A DNA stretch of 39,367 bases, from NCBI GenBank assembly GCA_963978265.1, contig CAXBQV010000003.1, positions 1 to 39,367 on the forward strand, in the 5' to 3' direction. The DNA is from an uncultured bacterium (GTDB taxonomy: Bacteria > Actinomycetota > Actinomycetes > S36-B12 > UBA5976). Position 1 is the first letter of the stretch, and every line of letters begins with the position of its first letter. This document shows positions 1 to 8,303 of the stretch, piece after piece. Below the pieces are notes generated by a model. The model saw only the letters and a list, made by a program, of their open reading frames with translations. It was not told the origin of the DNA and searched no databases. The translations under genes and the position numbers were made by a program.

Positions 1-1
1 G

Positions 2-751
2 GACGGCGCAGTCGCCCAGAAGCGCATGGAAGACATCCTCGTCGGCTCGTACTCGAAGGGCGCCAAGGTCAACGGCGGATACACCTTCGAAACTTTCATC
101 GGGGGCGGTACGTACAACCTGCAGTGGTTCGTCGACAAGTTCGCCGGAATCGATCCGCGGGCGCTCGGCCTCGAACTCTCACCGGAACAGGTACTTGAAA
201 CCGCGGCCGCCACACTTCCGCCGGGTGCTGATGGACTCATGGTGCTGCCGTATTGGACCGGCGCGTTGACACCGTTCTGGGATCACTACGCGCGGGGAGC
301 AATGATCGGGCTCACCGGTGCACACGGAAAGTCGCACGTCTATCGAGCCTTGCTCGAGAGCATTGCGTTCGAACAGCGCTTTCTCACGGAAGGTGCTGAA
401 TCCGCGCTCTCAACACCGGTGAAGGAGATCATCGCGCTCGGTGGCGGCTCGCGAAGCCGTGTGTGGTGCCAGATTGTCGCAGATGTCATGCAACGTGCCG
501 TCGATGTCGTGGCGGAGCCGGAGAGCACCTGTCTCGGCGCCGGCATGCTGGCAGCAGTCCAAGCCGGGATGCATCCCGATATCCATGCGGCCGCGCGGTC
601 CATGAGCAGTACTGGTGCACATTTCGAGCCGGATCCGAAGCGGGTGCAGATCTACGACGAACTCTTCAATGTGTATCGCGGCATCTACCCCGCGTTGCGT
701 GGGATCTTCCCCGGCCTCGCCGAGATCAGTGAGAAGGCGAAGCACGCATGA
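2..751 (+). CDS. FGGY-family carbohydrate kinase (xylulokinase-like), 5'-truncated
   Basis: FGGY C-domain motifs LPYWTG..PFWDHYARG, YRALLESIAF, GGGSRS..WCQIVAD, E.TCLGAG.LA. Frame is open from nt 2. The first ~25 codons look foreign (see findings). Confidence 0.88.
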   Translation, partial: DGAVAQKRMEDILVGSYSKGAKVNGGYTFETFIGGGTYNLQWFVDKFAGIDPRALGLELSPEQVLETAAATLPPGADGLMVLPYWTGALTPFWDHYARGAMIGLTGAHGKSHVYRALLESIAFEQRFLTEGAESALSTPVKEIIALGGGSRSRVWCQIVADVMQRAVDVVAEPESTCLGAGMLAAVQAGMHPDIHAAARSMSSTGAHFEPDPKRVQIYDELFNVYRGIYPALRGIFPGLAEISEKAKHA

Positions 752-1545
752 CCGCTGTGCGTGAGTACCGCGGGTACATCTTCGATCTCGACGGCACCAT
801 CTACCTCGGTGATGCACTGCTACCGGGTGCGTTCGAACTCATCACCGGTCTGCGCGAACGCGGAGCGCGTACGGTGTTCCTCTCGAACAATCCGACAAAA
901 GATCCGGCGATGTATGCCGACAAACTGTCGGGACTCGGACTCCCGACGCCGCAGAGCGACATCGTCAATACCGTGATCACGATGGCTGATTGGCTTGTCC
1001 AGAACTCGCCTGACGCTCGCGTGTTCGTCATCGGGGAGGAGCCGCTGGAACGCGCGATCCGCGACGCGGGGATCACGATCAGTTGTGACCCGCGTGAAAT
1101 CGATGTAGTCGTTGCAAGTTACGACCGTGGGTTCACTTACGAGAAACTGCAAATCGCATTCGATGCAATTTGGAGGTACAAGCGGGCGCGGTTGGTGACC
1201 ACGAATCCTGACCGCTACTGCCCGTTCCCGGAGGGACGTGGAGAGCCCGACGCTGCCGCTATCGTGGCGGCCATCGAAGCCTGCACCGGTGCCAAGTGCG
1301 AAGTGAATGTCGGCAAGCCCGATCGGATCATGGTGGAGACCGTCATGCGTCGGATCGGACTGCAGGCCGATGAATGCGTCATGGTCGGTGACCGCATCTA
1401 CACCGATATCGCCATGGGGAAGGCAGCGGGCATGGACTCGGCCCTGGTCCTGACCGGCGAGAGCACCCGGGAGATGGCATCGTCGGTTCCGACCGAACAG
1501 CAGCCCACCTACGTGCTCGACCGCATCGATCAACTGCTCGGGTAG
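748..1545 (+). CDS. HAD-IIA (NagD-like) phosphatase
   Basis: FDLDGT motif I, LSNN motif II, VGKP, VGDRIYTD..G motif IV, VLTG. ATGA overlap with the kinase stop. Confidence 0.93.
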   Translation: MTAVREYRGYIFDLDGTIYLGDALLPGAFELITGLRERGARTVFLSNNPTKDPAMYADKLSGLGLPTPQSDIVNTVITMADWLVQNSPDARVFVIGEEPLERAIRDAGITISCDPREIDVVVASYDRGFTYEKLQIAFDAIWRYKRARLVTTNPDRYCPFPEGRGEPDAAAIVAAIEACTGAKCEVNVGKPDRIMVETVMRRIGLQADECVMVGDRIYTDIAMGKAAGMDSALVLTGESTREMASSVPTEQQPTYVLDRIDQLLG

Positions 1546-1638
1546 GGATGCGGTTCGCACGGTACTCAGACAGGATTGAGGCCACGGGCGAAAGTTCCCC
1601 GCCGCCGGCGGAATCGTTTCCCGGTGGGAGTCGTTGCA

Positions 1639-4110
1639 ATGTCCATGAGACCGCTCCGCGTGGCAGTGGCGGGCCTGCTGCTGATGCTGGCCGCTGTCGC
1701 ACCTGCCCGTGCAGACGGCCCTCAGGCCGTCCGCATCGACGGGGGTCCCACTTCTGCGACCAACAGCACCCCGGTACGTCTCGATCTCGACGTGTACATG
1801 CCCCCGACGACGGACCCGGCCCCCGTGGTCGTGCTCGCGCACGGCTTCGGAGGCAGCAAGCGCAGTGTTTCCGAGCAGGCCCAACGGCTCGCTGAGGCCG
1901 GGTACATCGCGATTGCCTATACCGCGCGTGGGTTCGGCAAGAGCACCGGCACGATCTCCATGAACTCCCCGCAGTTCGAAGTCGAAGATGTGCGCAAGGT
2001 CATCGACTTCGCAACACAACTCAAGCATGCGCAGCTCGATGCGAAATCCGATCCGCGCATTGCGGTCGTTGGCGGCTCGTATGGTGGCGCACTGGCGCTG
2101 CTCGCAGCGGGCTACGACGACCGCATCGATGCAGTTGCCGCTGATATCACGTACAACAACCTGCAACAGGCGCTGTTTCCGCAATCCATTATCGGCGCCA
2201 GTGGTCCGGGTGTTTTCAAGAAACTGTGGACGTCGTACTTCTTCAGTGCAGGCTTCGCAACCGAACCGGGGCGGGCAACGCTGTGCGGCCGATTCGCACC
2301 GCAATGGTGCGCGCTATACGCGCAAGCAACGACGACAGGTACGCTTGATGCAGGAGCACGCGCGCTGCTTCGGGCCTCCTCGCCGGTCAGCATCACCGAT
2401 CGCATCTCCGTCCCCACGTTGCTGATGGGTGGCGAGGCGGATTCGTTGTTCCCACTTTCACAGGTCGATGCGACCGCACGGCAGATCGCGAAAGCGCATC
2501 CGAAGACACCCGTGAAGGTGGTGTGGCACAGCGGCGGACATGACGGTGGCATTTCCGAGCAAGACCGGCTCGAGCAACTGACCCTTGCTTGGTTCGACAC
2601 CTACCTCCGCGAGAAGGAATCAACGGATACGCGGTTCGAAGCCACGTATGTGGCAGGACAAGTACTCGGCCGCCGCAGCGGAATCGAGACGGTTGTCGAG
2701 GGGGCGAAGATCTACCCCGGCGTCGACGGGCAACGCTACGAGCAGGTTGATCTGCAGGTATTCCCGCAGCAAATCATGGCTCCGGCAGGAGGGGCGCCGG
2801 CGGCAATATCGTCACTCCCGGGCCTTGCATCGGTTGCGTCGCTCGCCAATCGGGTGATGCCGGGTCAGACCGCGGTGTTCCAGTCCAAGCCGCTCGAACG
2901 TACCATCACTGTTGTCGGCAGCAGTCGTATCCAGCTTGCCATCACCAGTTGGCAACCTGTCGAGAATGCGGTGTTGTTCGCGAGCATGCGAATCGTCACT
3001 CCTGCCGGAATCGAAGTGCTGCCCAACGGTCTGGTGGCGCCGCTTCGGCTGTCGCAGATTGGTCCGGCGCCGACGATCGTGAATGTTGCGCTACCCGCGA
3101 TCTATACGTCGGCCGAGCCCGGCGACATCATCCGTGTCGTCCTGTCCACCACGGATTTCGGATACCAGTTGCCACAGCAGGCCGCGCTCTACACCGTTGC
3201 ACTGACGACGCCGAAGGTGGACGTCGCGACATCAGAGTTGCAGCCACTCGATGCACCAATCCCCAGCTGGTGGTGGCCGGCCGGCGCAGCGGCGCTCGTG
3301 GTTCTGATGCTCCTCTTCCTCTGGCTCCGTCGTCCCCGTCACCGGATTGCAGACACACGCTCCGATCTCGTTGATGTTCCGGTTGCGATCGAGGGACTCG
3401 CCAAGGAGTTCAAGGGCGGACTGCGCGCAGTTGATGGCATCACCTACCAGGTGCCGAAGGGCAAGGTCATCGGGCTGCTTGGTCCCAACGGCGCTGGAAA
3501 GACGACGACGATGCGCATGGTGCTCGGGTTGATCCTGCCGACGGAAGGCGATGTCTTCGTGTTCGGTGAGCGCGTCACTCCCGGAAATCCGGTGCTGTCA
3601 CGCATCGGTGCTTTCGTCGAGGGCCCGGGCTTCTTGCCACACCTCACCGGCCGTCAGAACCTTGATTTGTACTGGGACGCGAGTGGCCGACGCGACATTG
3701 ATCCGAAATTCGATGACGTCCTCGAAATCGCGAACCTCGGCACCGCGATTGACCGCAAGGTGCGCAATTACAGCCAAGGGATGCGGCAACGCCTCGGCAT
3801 TGCGCAAGCGATGCTCGGCATGCCGGATCTACTCGTGCTCGACGAACCGACGAATGGCCTCGATCCGCAACAGATTCGTGAGATGCGTGAGGTTGTGCAC
3901 AACTACGCAGCAACAGGCCGGACTGTCATCGTGTCCTCCCATCTGCTCAGTGAAGTGGAACAGACCTGCTCGTATGTCATCGTGATGCATCGCGGCAGGC
4001 TTGTGATCAAGGGTGATGTTTCGGAACTGTTGTCCGGACGAACGCACATGCGGCTCGAGGACTTCTTCATGGACGTCATCGGTGACGACCTCGCGATTGG
4101 GAAGCAGTGA
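1639..4110 (+). CDS. Secreted CocE/NonD (S15-like) alpha/beta-hydrolase fused via one TM helix to an ABC ATP-binding domain
   Basis: Signal peptide ending APARA; HGFGG; YTARGFG; nucleophile GGSYGG; ADSLF; GGHDGG; TM SWWWPAGAAALVVLMLLFLWL; Walker A GPNGAGKT; YSQGM signature; LVLDEPT; SSH. Start is ATG 1639 or 1645 rather than TTG 1576 (inference). Confidence 0.88.
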   Translation: MSMRPLRVAVAGLLLMLAAVAPARADGPQAVRIDGGPTSATNSTPVRLDLDVYMPPTTDPAPVVVLAHGFGGSKRSVSEQAQRLAEAGYIAIAYTARGFGKSTGTISMNSPQFEVEDVRKVIDFATQLKHAQLDAKSDPRIAVVGGSYGGALALLAAGYDDRIDAVAADITYNNLQQALFPQSIIGASGPGVFKKLWTSYFFSAGFATEPGRATLCGRFAPQWCALYAQATTTGTLDAGARALLRASSPVSITDRISVPTLLMGGEADSLFPLSQVDATARQIAKAHPKTPVKVVWHSGGHDGGISEQDRLEQLTLAWFDTYLREKESTDTRFEATYVAGQVLGRRSGIETVVEGAKIYPGVDGQRYEQVDLQVFPQQIMAPAGGAPAAISSLPGLASVASLANRVMPGQTAVFQSKPLERTITVVGSSRIQLAITSWQPVENAVLFASMRIVTPAGIEVLPNGLVAPLRLSQIGPAPTIVNVALPAIYTSAEPGDIIRVVLSTTDFGYQLPQQAALYTVALTTPKVDVATSELQPLDAPIPSWWWPAGAAALVVLMLLFLWLRRPRHRIADTRSDLVDVPVAIEGLAKEFKGGLRAVDGITYQVPKGKVIGLLGPNGAGKTTTMRMVLGLILPTEGDVFVFGERVTPGNPVLSRIGAFVEGPGFLPHLTGRQNLDLYWDASGRRDIDPKFDDVLEIANLGTAIDRKVRNYSQGMRQRLGIAQAMLGMPDLLVLDEPTNGLDPQQIREMREVVHNYAATGRTVIVSSHLLSEVEQTCSYVIVMHRGRLVIKGDVSELLSGRTHMRLEDFFMDVIGDDLAIGKQ

Positions 4111-4943
4111 TGTACAAGGCATCCAAGACACTGCCGATCCGCACGGAATTCGTTCGGCAGTTGCGACGTCGACGCACTGCAGTGTCCTACCTGTTGATGC
4201 TCGCACTTCCGCTGTTCGTCGTCGCGGCAATCAAATTCGGTCCGGAATCGAACGGCGGCGGCTCGTCTGCGAGTCTCAATCTGATTGATCTCGCGACCAG
4301 GGGTGCATGGAACTTCGTGATTGTGATGCTGTTCTTCGGATCCGGCTTCCTGCTCACGACAGTCACATCACTCTTTTTCGGGGAGACGGTTGCCGGCGAG
4401 GCTTCGTGGTCGACACTCCGCTATCTGCTTGCCGCACCGATTCCCCGCCGCCGGCTTCTTCGCGTCAAGTTGATCGTTGCTGCACTCCTGTCATTCAGCG
4501 CGGTGCTGGCCTTGGCTGTCATCTCGTACTTCATCGGGTGGCTTGCCTTCGGCAACAACCCGCTCGTGAGTCCGGTCGGCGGTGAATTCACCACCAGTGA
4601 TGCGCTGTACCGTGTGGCTGTCATTGCAGGGTATGTGTTCCTGTCGCTGCTCGTCGCTGCGGGGCTCGCGTTCTATATGAGTGTGCGCTCGGACGTCCCG
4701 CTCGGCGCAGTCGGCACCGCTGTCGTGATCGTCATTGTCATCCAGATCCTCGATGCCATCACGGCTCTCGGGGATCTCCGCACGTGGTTGCCGGGCCACT
4801 ATGCACAAGCGTGGACCGATGCGCTGAATCCGACGATCGAATGGTCCGACATGGCACGCGGTGGTGCCTACGCGGTGGCGTTGTTCGTGTTGTTCGTGGT
4901 GCTGGCCGTGTTGAAGTTCGACCGCAAGGACATTACGTCCTGA
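4107..4943 (+). CDS. ABC-2 type transporter permease
   Basis: About 6 hydrophobic segments, GETVAGEASWSTLRYLL..P..R motif, C-terminal FDRKDITS. Overlaps the upstream stop. Confidence 0.9.
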   Translation: MMYKASKTLPIRTEFVRQLRRRRTAVSYLLMLALPLFVVAAIKFGPESNGGGSSASLNLIDLATRGAWNFVIVMLFFGSGFLLTTVTSLFFGETVAGEASWSTLRYLLAAPIPRRRLLRVKLIVAALLSFSAVLALAVISYFIGWLAFGNNPLVSPVGGEFTTSDALYRVAVIAGYVFLSLLVAAGLAFYMSVRSDVPLGAVGTAVVIVIVIQILDAITALGDLRTWLPGHYAQAWTDALNPTIEWSDMARGGAYAVALFVLFVVLAVLKFDRKDITS

Positions 4944-5025
4944 AACGATCCTGGGGCGCTGGAGACAGCATCATCGAGGGGGTCCAGGTTGATCGCTGCG
5001 CAAACATCTTGTCAACGCGCTTTGT

Positions 5026-5044
5026 CTGACAGGTAACCTGTCAG
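5026..5044. promoter_or_regulatory. 19-bp dyad (operator-like) containing a candidate -10 box
   Basis: CTGACAGGT-A-ACCTGTCAG, perfect 9-bp arms; TAACCT at 5034-5039. Confidence 0.45.
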
Positions 5045-5062
5045 CAGTGACCGAGAACTCGG

Positions 5063-5598
5063 ATGGAGTTGTGGATGCGTTCCGATCTTGAACGTTCGCT
5101 CATCGACGAACTGGGCAGTGTGCCCCCAACTTTCCAGTTGAAGACATTGAGAACAATGTCGCACCCAATGCGCAGATTCTCTGCTCACTCAGTATCGGCT
5201 CACTGCTGCTGCTCACAACCGGTATTCTCTGGATCGACAGGGCTGCCATATCAGGCAAGCTCAAGAAGGTTGAACTCATCCCATTCCGGGACGTGCGAGG
5301 TTGTCGAATCAGCAAAACGTCCGGCATGTATATGGTCACGATCGACCGCAATGACCCGCAGGCGTCGTCATTCGGCCGGATGAAACTCCCACAGGTACTC
5401 GGCATCGCGAACACCAACGAGCACGCATTGCGCTTCCAAGCACTCTTGAGTGATGCCTTGAATGGGAGTACGGCCGGGGTAGCGAGCCAAGAAAGCGCAC
5501 TGGACAAATTGGGGAAGCTCAAGGCCCTTCTGGATGCCGGTGCGATCAGCCAGGACGACTGTGACGCTCAGAAGGTGCATCTCCTCGGCCAGATCTGA
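5063..5598 (+). pseudogene. Disrupted SHOCT-domain protein gene
   Basis: Frame open 5092-5598 ends in SHOCT-like LDKLGKLKALLDAGAISQDDCDAQKVHLL but has no start codon until 5293. It joins the ATG 5063 frame if one C is added in the C5 run at 5123-5127. Confidence 0.6.
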
Positions 5599-5628
5599 TG
5601 CACATCTCTTGTCAGAATGTTCGGCGTA

Positions 5629-5704
5629 TGGAGCCGCCTTGGGGAATCGAACCCCAGACCTTCTCATTACGAGTGAGACGCTCTGCCGACTGAGCTAAGG
5701 CGGC
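5629..5704 (-). tRNA. tRNA-Thr(CGT)
   Basis: Reverse complement GCCGCCTTAGCTCAGTCGGCAGAGCGTCTCACTCGTAATGAGAAGGTCTGGGGTTCGATTCCCCAAGGCGGCTCCA: cloverleaf, anticodon CGT, GTTCGA T-loop, encoded CCA. Confidence 0.97.
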
Positions 5705-5834
5705 GCTGCGAACAGCGGACCGAATCTTACGGGCGTTTTCCGACCGTACGAAATCGGCCCCTGCGGCTCCAACAGGCCGGATTTCGGTGTGAGAAATTCG
5801 GCTAGCGTGACCTCTACGAATCAAAGGAGTGCAC

Positions 5835-6875
5835 ATGACTCGCGTGTCTGCATGGGGCGTTTCCGCAGCTGGTTCCGACGTCGGACCATTGGAGATCACA
5901 CGTCGGGAACCCGGTCCCCATGATGTCGTCATCGACATCGATTTCTGCGGTGTGTGCCACTCGGATATCCACACTGCACGCGGCGAGTGGGGCGAGCCGA
6001 TGTATCCGGTCGTCACCGGTCACGAAATCATCGGACATGTCTCTGCGGTCGGTGCCGAAGTCTCGAAGTTCCGGATCGGCGATATCGCTGGTGTCGGTGT
6101 CATCGTCGATTCATGCCGCGAATGCGACGCCTGCACGAGCGGGTTCGAGAACTATTGCATGCGACAGAACGTCGGCACGTACAACAGTCGGGAACTCGGC
6201 ACTGGCGCAACAACCTACGGCGGTTACTCGACATCGATCGTGACCGATGAACGGTTCACGTTCAGCATTCCCACAAACCTCGATCCGGCAGCAGCTGCAC
6301 CACTGCTCTGCGCCGGCATCACGCTGTGGTCGCCATTGCGACACTGGCAAGCCGGACCCGGCAAGCGAATAGCCGTCATGGGTATGGGCGGTCTCGGCCA
6401 CATGGGCATCAAACTCGCACGGGCACTCGGTGCCCATGTCACCGTGCTGTCTCACTCATCGTCGAAGCGCGAAGACGCGCTGCGGCTCGGAGCCGAGGAG
6501 TTCGTGATCACATCCGACGCCGCGAGTCTCAAGCAACTGCGCGGCTCGTTCGATCTCATCCTCAACACCGTTTCCGCGGATCTCGACATCAATGAGTATC
6601 TGAAGCTCTTGAGGTGGAATGGAACGCTTGTCGTGCTCGGTCTGCCGGGGAAGCCGCTCGTCGTCCATGCGGGTTCGCTCATGGACAAGCGCCGCACACT
6701 GTCGGCATCCGGTATCGGCGGGCTGCGTGAGACGCAGGAGATGCTTGATTTCTGCGGTCAGCACAACATCGTGAGTGATGTCGAAATCATCACGCCCGCC
6801 GGAATCAATGCGGCTTGGGCTCGGGTTGTCGCGAGCGATGTGAAGTACCGCTTCGTCATCGACATCAAGGCCTAG
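5835..6875 (+). CDS. NAD(P)-dependent Zn alcohol dehydrogenase (cinnamyl-ADH/YahK-like)
   Basis: CGVCHSD, GHE..G, structural Zn CRECDAC..C, PLLCAGIT, GMGGLG, KYRFVID. RBS AAGGAG before ATG 5835. Confidence 0.95.
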   Translation: MTRVSAWGVSAAGSDVGPLEITRREPGPHDVVIDIDFCGVCHSDIHTARGEWGEPMYPVVTGHEIIGHVSAVGAEVSKFRIGDIAGVGVIVDSCRECDACTSGFENYCMRQNVGTYNSRELGTGATTYGGYSTSIVTDERFTFSIPTNLDPAAAAPLLCAGITLWSPLRHWQAGPGKRIAVMGMGGLGHMGIKLARALGAHVTVLSHSSSKREDALRLGAEEFVITSDAASLKQLRGSFDLILNTVSADLDINEYLKLLRWNGTLVVLGLPGKPLVVHAGSLMDKRRTLSASGIGGLRETQEMLDFCGQHNIVSDVEIITPAGINAAWARVVASDVKYRFVIDIKA

Positions 6876-7000
6876 ACCTCGCAGATACCGCCATCGCAAC
6901 AGGGCTGGATGTAGTAGCACTTCGGGCAGAAGTCCTTGCCGCCACGGCGCTCGAGTTGCACGGTTTCACAGGCGGGGCAGGGTCCTGGATCTCCCATCAT
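6872..7000 (-). CDS. 42-aa Cys-rich zinc-ribbon-like microprotein (not in ORF track)
   Basis: MMGDPGPCPACETVQLERRGGKDFCPKCYYIQPCCDGGICEV. TACCCT -10 box lies 6 nt before the ATG; stop overlaps the adh stop (CTAG). Confidence 0.8.
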   Translation of the reverse strand: MMGDPGPCPACETVQLERRGGKDFCPKCYYIQPCCDGGICEV

Positions 7001-7057
7001 GAGGAAAGGGTAGGACGTGCTCTGGCGGATTGTGCGGAACCGGAGAAGGATTGCGAT

Positions 7058-7471
7058 GTGGTCCGTTCCGTCGCCTTTTACGCGACTCTGCTCTCGGTTG
7101 CATGGTCAGCCGGTCTGACGGCATTGGCGGCAGTGGGGAACACCTGGATCCTCGATCGCGTGGCTGGTGGCTACTTCGAGGGTGACGTCATGCCGATCGC
7201 ACTGCGCATCGTGTATGCGGGATTCACGCTGCTCTTGCTCGGCGTCGTCTGGTTGGCGTGGCGGTACCACTCGAACACCGCATCGAGCCGGCAGCGCCGC
7301 CTCGGCAGGCTCGTCATTGCGCTCTCGGCGCTGAGTGCCGCCGTCAATGCGATTTCCCAGAGTCCGACGGAGCGCTATAACGCCATCGCTGCAGGCATCA
7401 CGTTGCTCGGCATCGCGGTCCTCCGACGGCGGCCATTGCCGTCTCGCATCGATCTGCGGACGCGTCGCTAG
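7058..7471 (+). CDS. Hypothetical membrane protein (~4 TM)
   Basis: Four hydrophobic segments. GTG 7058 follows GAAGGA; the ORF-track extension to 6815 overlaps other genes. Confidence 0.75.
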   Translation: MVRSVAFYATLLSVAWSAGLTALAAVGNTWILDRVAGGYFEGDVMPIALRIVYAGFTLLLLGVVWLAWRYHSNTASSRQRRLGRLVIALSALSAAVNAISQSPTERYNAIAAGITLLGIAVLRRRPLPSRIDLRTRR

Positions 7472-7549
7472 CACCTCTTGCCGCCCAAACCGGAGGCCGA
7501 CAGCCCTGCTGCTTGCATGTCCGTACCGCCGAACGGATAGCGTCCGCCT

Positions 7550-8302
7550 ATGTCGTTGCTGCGTGTGCATGACCTCTCGGTCAGGTTCGGGGGCCTGCAC
7601 GTCCTCGACGGTGTCACGCTTGAAGTACCGGAAGGCAAGATTGTCGGGCTTATTGGTCCCAACGGTGCCGGCAAGACCACCGTGTTCAACGTCATCTCCG
7701 GCTTTGTCTCACCGACGCAGGGGACCATCGAATGGCGCGGCGCCGTGCAACATCCTGCCCCACACAAATTGGTCGATCGGGGAATCGCGCGCACATTGCA
7801 GGGCGTCGGCCTCTTCGACTCGATGACGGTGCTGGACAACGTGCTGCTCGGAGCACATAGGCAGCAGCGCGGCGGGGTCATCGCAGGCATGCTGTCGTCG
7901 CCGTTGCTGCATGCGCGGGACGCCCAGCTGCATGATCGCGCGAATGCGGTGCTCGAGGAGATGGGGTTGTCGTCGATCGCAACGCGCACCGTTGCGTCGC
8001 TGCCGTACCCAGTGCGCAAGCAGGTGAGCCTTGCCCGAGCCCTTATCAGCGACCCGGAACTCGTGATGCTTGATGAACCGGCGGGCGGTATTGGTGCACC
8101 GGACATCGCAGCACTGAGCAATCTCATCCGACAGTGGACACCCGGCCGCAGTGTGCTGGTGGTTGAACACCACATGGACTTCGTGATGACGACGTGCGAC
8201 TACATCTATGTGCTCGATGCAGGTCGGATCATTGCGTCAGGCGTCCCTGCCGAGATCCAGGCGAACCAAGCAGTACGTGACGCCTACTTGGGCCAGGTGT
8301 GA
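7550..8302 (+). CDS. livG: HAAT/Liv-type ABC ATP-binding protein (LivG-like)
   Basis: VRFGGL, GPNGAGKT, GIARTLQ, LPYP signature, LDEPAGG, VEHHM, C-terminal VRDAYLG. Confidence 0.9.
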   Translation: MSLLRVHDLSVRFGGLHVLDGVTLEVPEGKIVGLIGPNGAGKTTVFNVISGFVSPTQGTIEWRGAVQHPAPHKLVDRGIARTLQGVGLFDSMTVLDNVLLGAHRQQRGGVIAGMLSSPLLHARDAQLHDRANAVLEEMGLSSIATRTVASLPYPVRKQVSLARALISDPELVMLDEPAGGIGAPDIAALSNLIRQWTPGRSVLVVEHHMDFVMTTCDYIYVLDAGRIIASGVPAEIQANQAVRDAYLGQV

Positions 8303-8303
8303 C

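Noticed and set aside
820-2304. 494-aa minus-strand ORF, and similar long antisense ORFs (9430-10479, 14653-15600, 19892-21043, 22824-23912, 24883-26058, 29025-29969, 35384-37180)
   Set aside because: They lie opposite well-supported genes and have no recognisable motifs; typical stop-poor shadow frames of high-GC DNA.
4944-5628. Integrative element at tRNA-Thr with att repeats
   Set aside because: No integrase and no duplicated tRNA 3' end seen; only an 8-bp TCTTGTCA repeat (5007, 5607), too short to call.
5749-5787. Imperfect inverted repeat CGAAATC-GGCC...GGCC-G-GATTTCG between the tRNA and adh
   Set aside because: Bulged, single copy and between divergent promoters; cannot be assigned as terminator or REP element.
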